Shown: piece by piece, positions 14,663 to 29,530 of the stretch
Layout: each line of letters begins with the position of its first letter
How positions within the stretch are numbered: position 1 is the first letter of the stretch
Assembly: GCF_009914755.1 (NCBI RefSeq)
Contig: NC_060941.1
DNA length: 64,000 bases
Reading direction: 5' to 3' (one strand)
From: the human T2T-CHM13v2.0 reference genome, Homo sapiens
Translations under genes and position numbers: made by a program
Notes under the pieces: model-generated
Databases searched by the model: none
Seen by the model: the letters and a program-made list of their open reading frames with translations, nothing else
What the model was told of the DNA's origin: nothing

Positions 14663-16857
14663 GGGCAAAGGACTTGAATAGACATTTCTCCAAAGAAAAT
14701 ACACAAATGGCTAATAAGCAGAAGAAAAGATGCTCAACATCACTAATCATTAGGGAAATGCAAATCAAAAACACAAGATACCACTTCACACCCTTAAAAA
14801 TGGCTATTCTTTAAAAAGGACAACAAAACAGATAATGAGGTTGGCAAAGATGTGGAGAAACTGGAACCCCTGTGCATTGCTGATGGAACTGTAAAATGGT
14901 ACAGCCACTGTGAAAAACAGCTTGGCAGTTCCTCAAAAACTTAAATATAGAATTACCATATGGTCCAGAAATTCCACTCTTAGGTGTATACCCAAACGAA
15001 TGAAAACAGAGACTCAAACAGATACGTACACCAATGTTCACAGCAGCATTATTCAAAATAGCAAAAAGATGGAAACAACCCAGATGTCCACTGGCAGATG
15101 AACGGACAAACAAAATGTGGTATATCCATACAATGGAATATTATTCAGCCATAAAAAGAAATAAAATTCTGACACATACTACATGGTGGATGACCTTGAA
15201 AACATTATGCTGAGTAAAATAAGCCAGACACAAAAGGACAAATATTGCATGATTCCACTTACATGAGGTATCTAGAGTAGTCAAATTCATAGAGACGGAA
15301 AGGAGAACGGCATTTTTCCTGGGGCTGGACAATAGGGAAATACAGAGATATTGTTTCATGGGTATGGTGTTTCAGTTTGGAAAGATGAAAAGGTTCTGGC
15401 ACTAGATAATAGTATATAAATATGCATAATACCACTGAATTTACACTTAAAAACAGATAAATGGTAAATTTTATGTTATATATATTTTACCATTAAAAAC
15501 ATGAAGGTAAGAAAAAAAGCTGAAAAAATATTTGCAATGCAAATGTTAAATAAAGCTCTTTAAGCTAATAGAAAAGTTACACAATACAGAAACTTGGACC
15601 TACAAAATGAAGGGCACCAGAAGTGAAAAACTGGAGGGTTAAGAAAGAAATTATTTTCCTCATTTGTAAATTTGTACATAGCTGATGATTTAAACTAAAA
15701 ATAACAAAACACTGTGAGGGCTATGACAAATGTAGAAGTAAAATATTTGACAAAAATGGCACAAAACATGGGAGAGTAGACACGGAAGTATATTGGCAGA
15801 AGGTTCTTACACATTATTTGTGAGTTGAAATATTATTTGAAGGTACACTGTGATAAGTTTAAGATGCAAAGTATGAAGCAACTCACAAAAATAAAACTAA
15901 GAGGTATACTTAAGAAGACAGTGGTGAAGGTAAAGTAGAATCCTAAAACATGTTTAATTAATTCAAAGAAGACAGAAAAGGGGAATAAAGAAAAGTTGGA
16001 ACAAACAGAAAACAAATAGTAACCACAGTGATAATTACACTGAATGTAAATAGTATAAGTGTTCCAATTAAAAAGAAGAGGTTGTCAGATTGGATAAATA
16101 AAGAAGACAATTATTTATAAGAAACTTATCTTAAATCTAAAGACACAAATAGGTTAAAAATAAAAGGATGAAAAATATATACTATGGAAACATTAATCCT
16201 AAGAAAGCTGGAGTGGCTATATCAATGTTAGCCAAAATAGATCTCAGAACAAAGACATTTCATAATGACAGATGGGTTAATACATCAAGAAGACATAATA
16301 ATCTTAAATGTGTATACAGCTAATAACAGACCATGAAAACCCATGAAGCAAAAACTGGTAGAATTGAAAGAAAAGGCAAATCCACAATTATAGGACCCTT
16401 ACAGTATTCTCTAATTAATTTATAAGTAGACCAAAAAAAACCAGCAAGGATACAGAAGATCTTAGCAAGATAATCAACAAACTTGACCTAACTGATTTTT
16501 ATAAATGAATACCCATACTTTCCAAAAACTCACAGAGCATTTGCCAAGACAGATCGTCAAATTTAAAAGAACTGAAATCATATAGAATCTATTCTCTAAC
16601 CACACAAAAATAAATTAGAACTCAGTAAGAGAAAAATATCTAGGAAAAAACACCTAGTTAGTGTTTATTTAGACTTCTAAATAAATCTTGGGTCAGAGAA
16701 GAAATCACAAGGGAAATCAGAAAAAAATGTAACAACATCAAAATTTGTGGGACACAGATAAAGAAGTGCTTAGAGGGAAATGTATAGCTTTCATTGGTGT
16801 TTTATTTAGGAAAAAAAAAGGTCCAAAATCAGTTATCAACTATTTAAGTTTCAATCT

Positions 16858-17161
<304 letters not shown>

Positions 17162-20100
17162 AAGTTTCAATCTTATGAAGCTAGCAGAAGAGAAAATTAC
17201 ATCCAAAGAAAGTAAAACAATGGTAATTAAAAAAAAAAAAAAGCAGAAACCAACAAAATAGAAAATGGAAAAACAGAAAGTCAACAAAAACTTTTTAAAA
17301 GATCAATAAAATGGATAAACCTCTACTACCTATTACAGATTGAGCAAAATGAATTCTAGATTAAGCAAAAAAAAGGAGATAGACACAAATTCACAAATTA
17401 TGAATATCAGAAATGAAAGAGGGCATATCACTACAAATCCTACAGACACTTAAAGAAATAAGAGAATATTTTGAACATTATGCCAATAAATTCAAAAACT
17501 TGAATGGACAAATTTATTGAAAGATACTAATTACTAAAACTGACTCAGAAACAGAAAATGTGAATACTCCTATACTCATTTTTAAAATTAAATTTAAAAG
17601 TAAAAGTCTTCCCAAAAATAACACATAAGGGCAAGATGGCTTCCCTGGTGAATTCTATCAAAAATTTAAGGAAGAAGTAATATCAATACTTCCCAACTCA
17701 TTTTATAAAGCCAACATTACCTTGATATCAAAGCCAGATAAAGACATTACAGAAAACTATAGACCAATATTCTTATGAACATAGATGGAAAGAATCCTTA
17801 ACAAAATTTAGCAAGTCAAATCTAACAATTATATAAAATGGGTCCTATACCATGATCAAGTGGGTTTTATTCCACTAATTTACAGTCAGGCCAACATTCA
17901 AAAACTAATCAATGTAATTTACCATATCAACAGGATATAGGAGAAAAAACATATAATCCTACCAAGGAATGCAGTAAAACTTTAAATATAAAATCCAACA
18001 TCCACTCATTATAAAAATGTTCAGCCAACTAGCGATAGAAGGAAACTTCTTTAGCCTGACAAAGGGCATAGACAGAACACCTAGCACAAATGTCATACAG
18101 AACAGTGAGGGACCAGAATGTTTTCCACCACAAGGTTGTGAACAAGGCAAGGGTATCCACTCTCATCACTCTAATTCAGCCTTGTACTGCATGAAAGGTA
18201 AACACTGTAAAGGAAGAAGTAAAACAGTATTTACTAGAGAATGAAACATGCAACTTTGGGTACTTAGAAAGTCCTAAAGAAACTCCAAAAATATCAACTA
18301 GAACCAATAAGTGATATAACAAGTTGCAGGTTACAGGGTAAATATACAAAAATGAATTCTACTTCTATAATAGTAATGAATAACTGGAAGGAAATTATAA
18401 GTGGAATCATACAATATCTGTCCTTTTATGACTGGCTTATTTTACTTCACATAATGTCTTCAAGTTTCATCTATGTTGTAGTACATGTCAGAATTTCCTT
18501 CCTTTTAAAGGCTCAATAATATTCCATTGTATGTATACACCACATTTTGTTTATTCGTTTATTTATCAATGGACATTTTGGTTGTTTCCACCTTTTGGCT
18601 ATTGTGAATAACACTCCTATGAACACTGGTGTACAAGTATCTGAGTACCTGCTTTCAATTCTTTTGGATATTTGCCTAGAAATGTTATTTCTGGACCATA
18701 TGGTAATTCTGTTTTTAACTTTCAGAGGAATCAGGAACAAGGTTTTTCAGTTAAACATACAGAAAGGAAGAAAATTAGAATGGGCCCTCTGGTACTGGAA
18801 TGGAACTGGATGTATTGGTATAAACACTCATAATTTTCAGTGTACAGACAGACAGATACAGAAAAAATATAGACATAAATGTATATGTCTATGAGTCTGG
18901 GTTTGTGTACACAATACATTGTGTATATTCTCTAGCTGTCTGCTGAAAGGGCCTGGAGCAGCAACTCCAACAGCAATGAGCAAAACTAACTCCCAGAACA
19001 CAGCGTTCAAATGTTATTTTTCACTAAATGGAACCAGGGTTCCTTGGAGAAATGTCTGAATCCGAGACTAGGGCAGGGAAAATATAAGGTGAGCCTGGAA
19101 CACTATCTTTTGCCAAAAAATAAGGAAGCGTTCCAAGAATGATTGATATATGTCAGAAAGACACAAGCAACTTAACTGGTTTCCCACTTGAGTACCAAAA
19201 CAAATCATATAATAATTATAACTCACCGAATAAAATGGAAAATCACAAGTCCATAAAGATATAAATAAAATGAGTAAACTGAATTTTTGTAAGGACATGT
19301 TATTTATATAATTTCAGAGTTCTTCCCCATAAAGTCCTCTTTTATAAAGGCAAAAAGATAACTGTAAAGTTATATTTTTTACCTAGCAGATATCATATTA
19401 ATCAAGTTATCAATCATTAATGAGAAAAAATGAAACTGCGTGCCACCTTATAAGATGCAATGAGCAGAAGGCATCACTTCTGTGACATTCCTGCCAAAGA
19501 TAAATAACCTCAGTCTAATGAGAAAACCCAAATTAAGAGACATTCTAGATAAGCTGTAATATTCTGAAGTGTCAAAATCATGACAGTCAAGGAAAGACTG
19601 AAGAAGTGTTCCAGACTGAAGAAGTTACTAAAGTGATAACTAAATGCAATGCATGGTTCTGACTGGATTCTTTTGCTTTTATAAAAGCGTTATTAAGACA
19701 ACTGCTAAAATTTAAACCGGTTCTGAGTATTAGATGGCAACAATGAATCAATTTTAACTTCCTGATTCTTATGGTTATATTGTGATTATGTATAAGAATG
19801 TCTTTGCTTATAAGACATAGACACTAAAGTATTTCAGGGTGAGGGAACATCAGGGCAACAACATACTCTTAAATGGCTCAATAAAAAAAGATATTTGGAT
19901 TGTACTTCCAATTTCTCTATAATTTTGTGACAGCCAAACTTTTAAAAAGCTAAAATAACCGAAAGATAAATTTACTGGGCAGACAGTTGGTCAATTAACG
20001 AAGTAGTTTTCAAAGGTAAAGTTATCTTTCCACACCCAGTATCCATGAATGAAAACGTTCTACATGACAATTGCAGATACTATCACCACTGAATAGCTAC

Positions 20101-20316
20101 ACTCATGTCGGATGGGTTGCTATACATATTTATTTCATTAATGTATCTACACATCAAGAAAACTTAGAGGAGTGGCTGAATTTTGTCAACTTTCTCTGAA
20201 ATATTCACCAAGTTCACTCAATATGATAAAGAAGATTTGAAACTTTTGAGAATTAAACATTTCCACCATAGAGAATACTATGTTTTCTCCAAGCTCTCAA
20301 AAAATTATAATTACTG

Positions 20317-20715
<399 letters not shown>

Positions 20716-20761
20716 CTAACTCCACTAACCTCTGGCCTAACTTAACCAAGATTACAATAGT

Positions 20762-21045
20762 ATAGAACGGGCTGGCAAACTTTTTCTCTAAAAGGCCAGA
20801 GATTTTCCTGCTGGCTGAACATGAAAAGAAAGAAAAGAAAAATACATAAATAGACAGAGTATATATTTTAGGTTTTGTGAGCCATATGGTCTCTGTCACA
20901 ACTACTCAACTTTACTGTTATAACGCAAAAGTTCCACAGACAATATGTATAAACAAATGTAAAATGCGTTCAAAAAAACTTTATTTATAAAAGCAGGCAG
21001 CAGGCTGTATTCTGCCCATGGGTCATAGTTTGCCAACCACTGGCA
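20762..21045. mobile_element. MER58-like hAT-Charlie element
   Basis: ggctggcaaacttttt...ccatatggtctctgtcacaactactcaac...agtttgccaacc terminal inverted repeats. Confidence 0.75.
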
Positions 21046-21425
21046 TAGGAAAAAAGATTACGACAAAAAAGTATCCATCAAAATAGACCTGCTAAATTTT
21101 ACTATGACCGTGATATATTAGGTGAAAAATAAAAGCTATATACTATAATCCTAATTTTGTGTGTGGGGAGGGAGTATATATGTAATATATGTGTAATATA
21201 TGTCATATATACTACATAACAAATATATGTAATATATACTACAGTATCAACCCCTTTACAGGGGTTGAGCTCTGTACAACACCTGATTGCAGGAGTGAGC
21301 CACCACGCTCGGCCCAATAATTACGATTTTTTTGAGAGCCTGGAGAAAACATAGTAGTGTTCTCTATGGTGGAAATGTTTACATATATACTCAGTTGATA
21401 CTGGGTATATATGTAATATATACTA

Positions 21426-21904
21426 CGTAACAAAAATGGCAACAAATTCTACTTATCTTTGTATATAAGCTCCCTTTCAAGGTTACTTTGTAGCTCTTCC
21501 TACCAAGATGTGAGCTTTACCCCTTGAGTCTGGATTTGGTCATGTGATTTGCTTTTGGTGACTGGAACATTAGCAAACCTGACACAAACAGACTCAAAAG
21601 GCATTTGTACACTGGGGCTTGTTCTCTTGCTGCTCTTGGAACCCTGAGGCCACCATATACATAAACCAGAATTAGCCTGCTAGATGATGAGAGAGACCCA
21701 CCTCATGGTCCCAGCTGACTACCAATCAACTCCCTGAAGCAGGGCTGCCTTGCTGACTTACAGCTGACCTGCAGTTGACCACAGACACATGAGTAGGCCA
21801 CCTGAGATCAGCAGAAGAAATGCCCAGCTGAGCCCACCCTAAATTGCTGACCCCCACAACAGTAAGCTAAATAAATGGTTGGTTTGTTACAGCAACAGAT
21901 AACA
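21426..21904 (+). mobile_element. MLT1-type MaLR LTR
   Basis: Degenerate MLT1 motifs; ends aataaatggtt...gttacagcaacagataaca. Confidence 0.7.
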
Positions 21905-23039
21905 TTGCATGTGTGTGTGCACGCACATGTGCGCACTTAAGAATAGACAGCAGGCAGAATATCAGGGGTTGATATTGAGGAGACAGTTTAATTAAGGATT
22001 AATGTTAATAATTTAAGTACACATTTTGGTGGTTCCCAAATTTTCTCTTAGATGATGCTTTTATATTCAGAAAAAAGTTATTTAGAAATATAAAATTTAA
22101 TTCAATATAAAAGAGTATTTTTCATTATTTCCACTAAATATTGAAAGTCTAAAAATATGGACATCTTGACCTGATGTATTTAAATGAACTGATAGATTTT
22201 ACTTTCTAACAGAGAGTTTGGAGATAAATAGTTACAGGTACATAGGAAACTAAGCAAAGGACAAGACAACTACTAGCACCAAAAAAAATAAATACTGGTT
22301 TGGGGAAAGAACTGTAATAAGTTTAAATATTTATAGAATTATAACAATACAAATACCAAATGCTGGCAGGCTGAAGGGTAGAAGTAATGAGAAAGGAGAA
22401 AAGAATAGGAGGAAGACAACAGAAAGTATCTAAAACCGAAAACTCAAGAGAAAAGCAAAATATGCATGCTACTTCAAAAACTATCAGAATACAAAGGATA
22501 AATAATTGAAAATTATTTACTTCAGATAGTGGGAATTGGTGAATAATAGAATTAGGGCAGGGGTCTACTGCTTTTCTGTTTGAAGCCAAGTGGAATTCTT
22601 TGACATATTTTTTCACACATACTGTTAAAAAAAAAAAATTAAAGAGAAAAAAAAGTCCAGGAACCAATCCAAGTACATATAACAATTTAGTACATGATAA
22701 CAGCAAAACTTCAAAACTGGAAAAATGATTAAGTGACACTGGGACAACTGATCAACTATTTGGGAAAATATGCAATTAGAGCCTGACCTCATACATGCAT
22801 GAAAATAAATCCCATAAACAAGAGAGTTAAATGCACAAACAAAACTGTAAAAGAACTATTAAAAATATCCTTATAAATTTATAGAAACGGATCTAGAAAG
22901 ATCCTCATGAAAGTGTTCATGGTGTTTCCTTCTGGAAAGCAGAAAGGGAGATGGGGTTAACATAAGGGAGAACATTTTAATTTTTATTCTGTATTGGTTT
23001 TTATAATGTTAAAGGTTTTTCAAAAAATGTTATTACTCT

Positions 23040-23343
23040 TTTTTTTTTTTTTTTTTTTGAGACAGGTTTTGCTCTGTCACCCAAGCTGGAATGCAGTGGC
23101 ATGATCACAGCTCACTTTAACCTCTACCTCCCGGGCTCAAGCAATCCTCCTGCCTCAGCCTCCTGGTAGCTGGGACCACAGGCATGAGCCACCACACCAA
23201 GCTAATTTTGTTTGTTTGTTTTTTGTAGAGACAGGGTCTTGCTATGTTGCCCAGGCTGATCTCAAACTCCTGGGCTCAAGTGATCCACCTACCTCAGCCT
23301 CCCCAAGTGCTGGGATTACAGGCATAAGCCATCATGCCTGGCC
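23040..23343 (-). mobile_element. AluJ
   Basis: Antisense Alu with J features. Confidence 0.9.
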
Positions 23344-23484
23344 AAAAACTATTTTTAAATCTGCATTAAGTCACCTGTATTTAACAATACTGTCATACCC
23401 TCTTAGGTATAAGGATCTGAGTAAAAATTGTAAGCTACAAGAAACAGTGGTGAATCATACATCTACTTAACTATGGCCATTTTT

Positions 23485-24150
23485 TTCATTCATTTATTCA
23501 ACAAATAATACAAGTAGCTACTAGGTGCAGGCTCTGTGCCAGATGCTGGTTATAAAAAACTGAAAAAAAGAGACATTACACTTGTCCTTATGGTCAGTCT
23601 GGTAATGAGACAAACAAAACAAAAAACAGTTAAACCTACAAATAAATAAATAATTATAAATTTGGGTAAGCATTGTAAATGCTTAGATTTGGTGTTGAGA
23701 CACTAAAAAAGGGACGAATCTTGAATAAATAACCTGCATGGTAATGCATATAATATGACCTGTAACAGTATAAAAATGAACTGTCATCAAAAAGTCATCT
23801 GGAAGAGTTTATTCAGAGACAGAATAGTGAGGTGGTTTAGAGGATCAATTCCAGAGCCAGACTGCCTGGGTTTTAATCCAGCTTCTACTCACCAGGTTTG
23901 TGACATGAACAAGTTATTCAAATACTCTGTGGCTCAGTTTCCTCAGCTATAATTGCGGAAAATATTAATACCTTCCTGATACGGTTGTTATAAAGATTGA
24001 GTTAAATTCTTTTATTTTGAAAACTGTCAAACCCAAAGAAAAGTTAAAAGAACATGACAATAAGCATCAACTCACATGAACCTGTATTTGCCAGGTGAAT
24101 TAATATTTCTAAAGTGCTTAGCAGAGTGTCTGGCACATAACACAGTAAGC
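23485..24150. mobile_element. L2 3' fragment followed by MIR
   Basis: ttcattcatttattcaacaaata (L2 end); gagccagactgcctgggttttaatcc...ctcagtttcctca (MIR core). Confidence 0.65.
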
Positions 24151-25210
24151 ACCAGTATCAGCATATATATGCAGTTATGTTAAATAGCTATTTTAAATAA
24201 AAGTAAATTAAAACCATAAAGTAAAAGAAAGAAGGGTAGGAAGGAAGGAAATAAAAATGGGGTATGGGAGGAAGAAAAAGGAAGAAAAATAGCCTAAGGA
24301 TCGCCCCAGTGTTAACACTTTGTAAGAAGGTCAACAGCGCACTCTGCTGGACCCAAGTGTCTTCCACACACCAGGCCCAAGTTATGAATTAAAATAATAT
24401 GCTACTGCTACATTAAATCAAATATAATTACTTTAATTAAAGTATATAAAGAATGTTAGCATTTATTTAATGAATAAATAAAAAGCAGGTATAAGCATAA
24501 GAATATATCTGAAGACAACCCTGGCTATTGTGAGGATTTACTAAAAAAAGAACAGAATATAAATAAATCTAGAGAAAATGATTATGAATGATAGAACAAA
24601 GTAATATCAAAACGTTAACATACTATTCTAAAAAACAATGTTTTTCTTAACTATATTTTGACCATGTGGAGACAGATGCTTCACTAGAACTTTGACATAT
24701 GAATTGTCAGATTAAGAAAATAAATCTGAACTGTAAGGAAAGGGATCAAGCAGGGGACACCAGAAAGTTAATTATATAAGAAAAGGTACTGACACTATCT
24801 TCCGACTTGAAAAGAGAGTTAGGAGACTAGAAATGATAGAAAAATAAAGAGACAACAATCTACTTCTCCAATCCACTAGGTGGAAACTAAATGATTTTCA
24901 TAAAAACTAAGAAAATTTGAAGAACCTAAAAAGTTTAATGTCAAATTCAGGGGAAAACAGAAATCATCAAACTAATTTACCATTTAATTTATGGAAGAAG
25001 GTTTGTCAAAAGTAATGCAACTGCAGATTTGAAAAACGTGAAGACTAAGACACACCTTTGCAGGGATGAGAATTAAACCATTAATTTATGAATCCAAATA
25101 AATATTTCTATTTAAAAAATACTGTACTCCCTAGTATCATATAATAAAAAGCAAGATAGGAAAAGCGTCCTTAGAATTTAAAGGTGTTAGAATTCAATTA
25201 GATATAACGT

Positions 25211-25477
25211 ATCTCCTGACCTCGTGATCCGCCCGCCTCAGCCTCCCAAAGTGCTGGGATTATAGGAGTGAGCCACCATCCTGGCTAACACGGTGAAACC
25301 CTGTCTCTACTAAAATATAAAAAATTAGCTGGGTGTGGTGACGGGCGCCTGTAGTCCCAGCTACTTGGGAGGCTGAGGCAGGAGAACGGTGTGAACCCAG
25401 GAGGCGGAACTTGCAGTGAGCCGATCGCGCCACTGCACTCCAGCCTGGGCGACAGAGCGAGACTCCCTCTCAAAAAA

Positions 25478-25516
<39 letters not shown>

Positions 25517-25518
25517 AG
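25211..25518 (+). mobile_element. AluY with inverted 5' segment and (AAAT)n tail
   Basis: 25211-25277 = reverse complement of Alu nt ~11-77; 25275 onward = forward Alu from nt ~82. Confidence 0.92.
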
Positions 25519-27000
25519 CATCATTAAATCTAGTCTCCCATTCTTTTTCCTTCCATATGAAGGAACTGGTTTTCACAAAAAAGTTACTTACCCAAGTCTA
25601 TCAATTTACCTTATTCAAGATTATTACAAGGTCTAGATTAAAATACAACAGATAAAATGTGAGGCATTTTGGTCTGAAGAAAAAAGCAAAAATAAAAAAA
25701 TATAAAAAAAAGTGAGGCATATGATCTGTCAGCATAAGAAAAGTTCTAATATATGGACTACTTTTTTTTCAATTACTTTATCCAAAAGTTTTGGCAATAA
25801 ACTCATTTCAAAAGCTGCTGTATAATAAATATTAAAACTTACGACATTAATACACATGAAACTATTTTTCTTCTACTTTTCATGAAACCACCTATCCCAA
25901 AATCTACAGAAAATACTTTTATGATTTATAATAAGTCACTTTGCAAAGACTAAGAAATGTTACAGCAGAAACCAAAGTAATTTCCTACAAGGAAAAATAT
26001 TTACTCCCCTATGACACCCAAAAATCCCATTTTTTAAATAAATTACCTCTACTCATATCCCCATTATTTTTTCTTATATTACATTCTTGGAAATAATTAG
26101 TCCTTGTTCTCTGAAAACCTAGATGTATTATTTAATGCTAGAAATCCATGAGAAATTTACTAAAAATTTACTTAACATACAAAAAGGAGAAACATTCATG
26201 CTCACTAAAACTATACATTTTATAATAATTATATTTCTATTATAAGTACTTATCCTATTTTTATGTTAGGAAGAAAAAAATAAAGTTGAAAATACAAATC
26301 ATTTTACCTATGTATTTTTGGGTTTTTTTTTCCCATAACCTTTCAGAAAGCACATAAAATTACTTTATACGTCATGTTTTTCATCATAGACTACCATGAA
26401 AAGAAACAAATATTAGAGCTCAACCATATGTTCTTTGCATTGCAAAAGTGCTTTGATGTCTGTTAAATTTACTTTATGCATGTTTAATTAGTATGACATA
26501 TATCTCTTACATCTTCTTGCAAACAAAAATTCAGTGTCACACTAGTGAAATGTTATCATTTGAGGGACTAGATTTAATTGAGAGATTTAACTTGTTCAAG
26601 AAGTTTTCAGACTTATGAGAAATTGTCAGAGGCCTATATCTTAATGTTATGAGTAATAAATCACCCACTTATGAAAAATTATTCCATTTCTAGAGATATG
26701 TAGAGTTATACCACCTAAAGCCAAGGAAGAAAATATGCAATTTCTAGCTTAAAAATAAAACAGATATAAAGATACAGATATACAATTATAGATACAGCTA
26801 TATTTTACCAATGAGCAGACCATAATCAATGATCAACATATATCAGCATACTACATAACCAAAAGGAGAAATCAATCAAAGCATTAGGCTTAAAATTAAG
26901 GTACTCAACCAAGGGCACAGTAGATGTGCTTATGGTCAAGCGGTTTAGACTCAAAAGATTTCAGCCATAAACATCTTCAACAGATATCAAAAGAATTTTT

Positions 27001-27303
27001 GGCCAGGTTCCGTGGCTCACGCCTGTAATCCCAGCACTTTGGGAGGCCGAGGCAAACAGATCACCCGAGGTCAGGCGTTCAAGGCCAGCCTGGCCAACAT
27101 GGTGAAGCCTCATCTTTACTAAAAATACAAAAATGAGCTGGGCGTGGTGTCAGGTGCTACTTGAGAAGCTACTCAAGAGGCTGATTTAGGAGAATCACTT
27201 GAACCCAGGAGGCAGAAGTTGCAGTGAGCCGAGATCGCCCACTGCACTCCATCCTGGGTGACAGGGGAGACTCCGTCTCAAAAAAAAAAAAAAAAAAAGA
27301 AAA
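27001..27303 (+). mobile_element. AluS
   Basis: Dimeric Alu; aa(a/g)gaatttt flanks. Confidence 0.92.
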
Positions 27304-27417
27304 GGAATTTTCTACTAAACTCTAAACCTAACTCCTCAAAATTTATAATGTTGATCAGTATTATCAACAATAACATTAATAATAGCTTTCAGCAGCATTT
27401 AAAAATAAGAACTACAA

Positions 27418-27560
27418 GGCCAGGTGCAGTAGCTCACACCTATAATCCTGGCATTTTGGGAGGCCAAGGCAGGTGGATCGCTTAAGCCCAGGAGTTTGAG
27501 AGCAGCTTAGGCAACATAGCGAAACCTTGTCTCTAAAAAAGTTAACCAAATAAATAAAAT
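27418..27560 (+). mobile_element. FLAM/Alu monomer
   Basis: 15-bp TSD AAAATAAGAACTACA at 27402-27416 and 27562-27576. Confidence 0.88.
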
Positions 27561-27579
27561 GAAAATAAGAACTACATAT

Positions 27580-29530
27580 TACTCCAAGCAACCTACAGAT
27601 TCAATGTAATCCCTATCAAAATACCAATAACATTCTTTACAGGAATAGAAAGAACAATCCTAAGATTCATATGGAACCACAAAGACCCTGAATAGCCAAA
27701 GTAATAGTATGCAAAAAGAAAACTGTAGGCACCACGCTATGTACTACACAAAGCTATAGTAACCAAAACAGAATGGTATTAGTATAAAAATAGACACATA
27801 GACCAATGGAACAGAATAGAGAACCGAGAAGTAAATCCAGGTATTTACAGTTGACTGATTTTCAACAAAGATGCCAAGAACACATATCGGGGAAAGGACT
27901 CCCTCTTCAATAAATGGTGCTGAGAACACTGGATGTCCATATGCAAAAGGAAAAAACTAGATCCCTCTCACCATCTACAAAAACCAACTCAAAATAGATT
28001 AAAGACTTAAACATAAGACCCAAAACTATAAGACTACTAGAAGAAAACATAGGGCAAAAGCTTCAGGACACTGATCTAGGCAGATTTTATGGGTAAGAAT
28101 TCAAAAGTACAGGCAACAAAAACAAAAATAGACAAATAGGACAGTATCAAACTAAAAAGCTTCTGCACAGCAAAGGAAACAACAGAGTATAGAGACAACC
28201 TGTAGAATGGGAGAAAATATTTCCAAACTATTCATCTGAGAAGGGACTACTATCCAGAATATACAAGGAACTCAACAGCAAAAAAAAAAAAATCTGATTT
28301 TAAAATAGGCAAAGGGTGTGAATAAACATTTCTCAAAAGATACATAAAGCCAACAAGAACATGAAAAAATGCTGAACATCACTAATCATCAGGGAAATAT
28401 AAATCAAAAGCACAATAAGATATCATCTCACTCAGTTAGAATGGCTTACTATCGAAAAGACAAAAAAAAATAACAAATGTTAGTGACGATGTGGAGAAGA
28501 AACTCATATACTATTAGTGGAAATGTAAATTAGTACAGACATTACGGAAAACAGCAATGGAGGCTTCTCAAAAACCTAAAAATATTACTACCATATAATC
28601 ATATAATCCAGCAATCCTACTACTATTTATCCAAAGGAAAGAAAATCTAGAGTACAGTAGCATGATCATATCTCACCACAGTCTGAAACTCCTAGAGTCA
28701 AGTGATCGCCCATGCCTCAGCCTCCCAAGTAGCTAGGACTGCAGGCACGTACCACCACGCCTGGCTAATTTTTTTAAAAATTTTGTACAGATGGGGTTCT
28801 CGCTATGTTGCCGGGGCTGGTCTCAAACTCCTGGCCTGAGTGATTCTCCTACCTGAGCCTTCCAAAGTGTTGGGATTACTGGTGTGAGCCACCACACCCA
28901 GCCAACACCATGTTTATTGCAGCGCTATTCATAATAGACAAGGAGTTGGCATCAACCTAAATGTCCATCAACAGATGAATGGATAAAGAAAATGTGACAC
29001 ATATACACAATGGAATATTATTCAGCCATAGAAAAATATTGAAACCTTGTTATTTGCAGCAACATGGGTAAGCCTGGAAGATATTAAGTGAAATAAGTCA
29101 GGCATAGGCAGGTAAGTACTGTATGTTCTTACTCATATGTAGGAGCTAAAAAAAATGAGCTCATAGAAGTAGAGTAAATTGTGGTTATCAGAGGTTAGGA
29201 AGGGGTGAGGGGAGGGGAGGATAAGGAGAGGTGGGTTTACAAATTCATAACTACAGCTAGATTGGAGAAACAGGAGGAATAAGTTCTGGTATTCTATAGC
29301 ACTCTAGGGTAAATATGGTTAACAATAATTTCTTACATATTTTCAAAAAGCTGTAAGAGAGAATTCTGAATATTCGCAACACAAAGAAATGACAAATGTT
29401 TGAGGCGATGGATATGTTAATTACTCTGATTTGATCATTACACATCATATACATGTATGAAAATTATCACACTGAATCCCATAAGTATGTATAATTATTA
29501 TGTGTCAACAAAAATAAACAAAAAATAAAG
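27580..29530 (+). mobile_element. 5'-truncated L1MA-type element containing an antisense AluJ (~28648-28903)
   Basis: ORF2 3' end, L1MA 3'UTR, A-rich tail. Confidence 0.85.

Noticed and set aside
21172-21433. Interpretation as a MITE or CRISPR-like repeat-spacer unit
   Set aside because: The interior is an inverted copy of local sequence (20254-20346) and the repeats are irregular; human context
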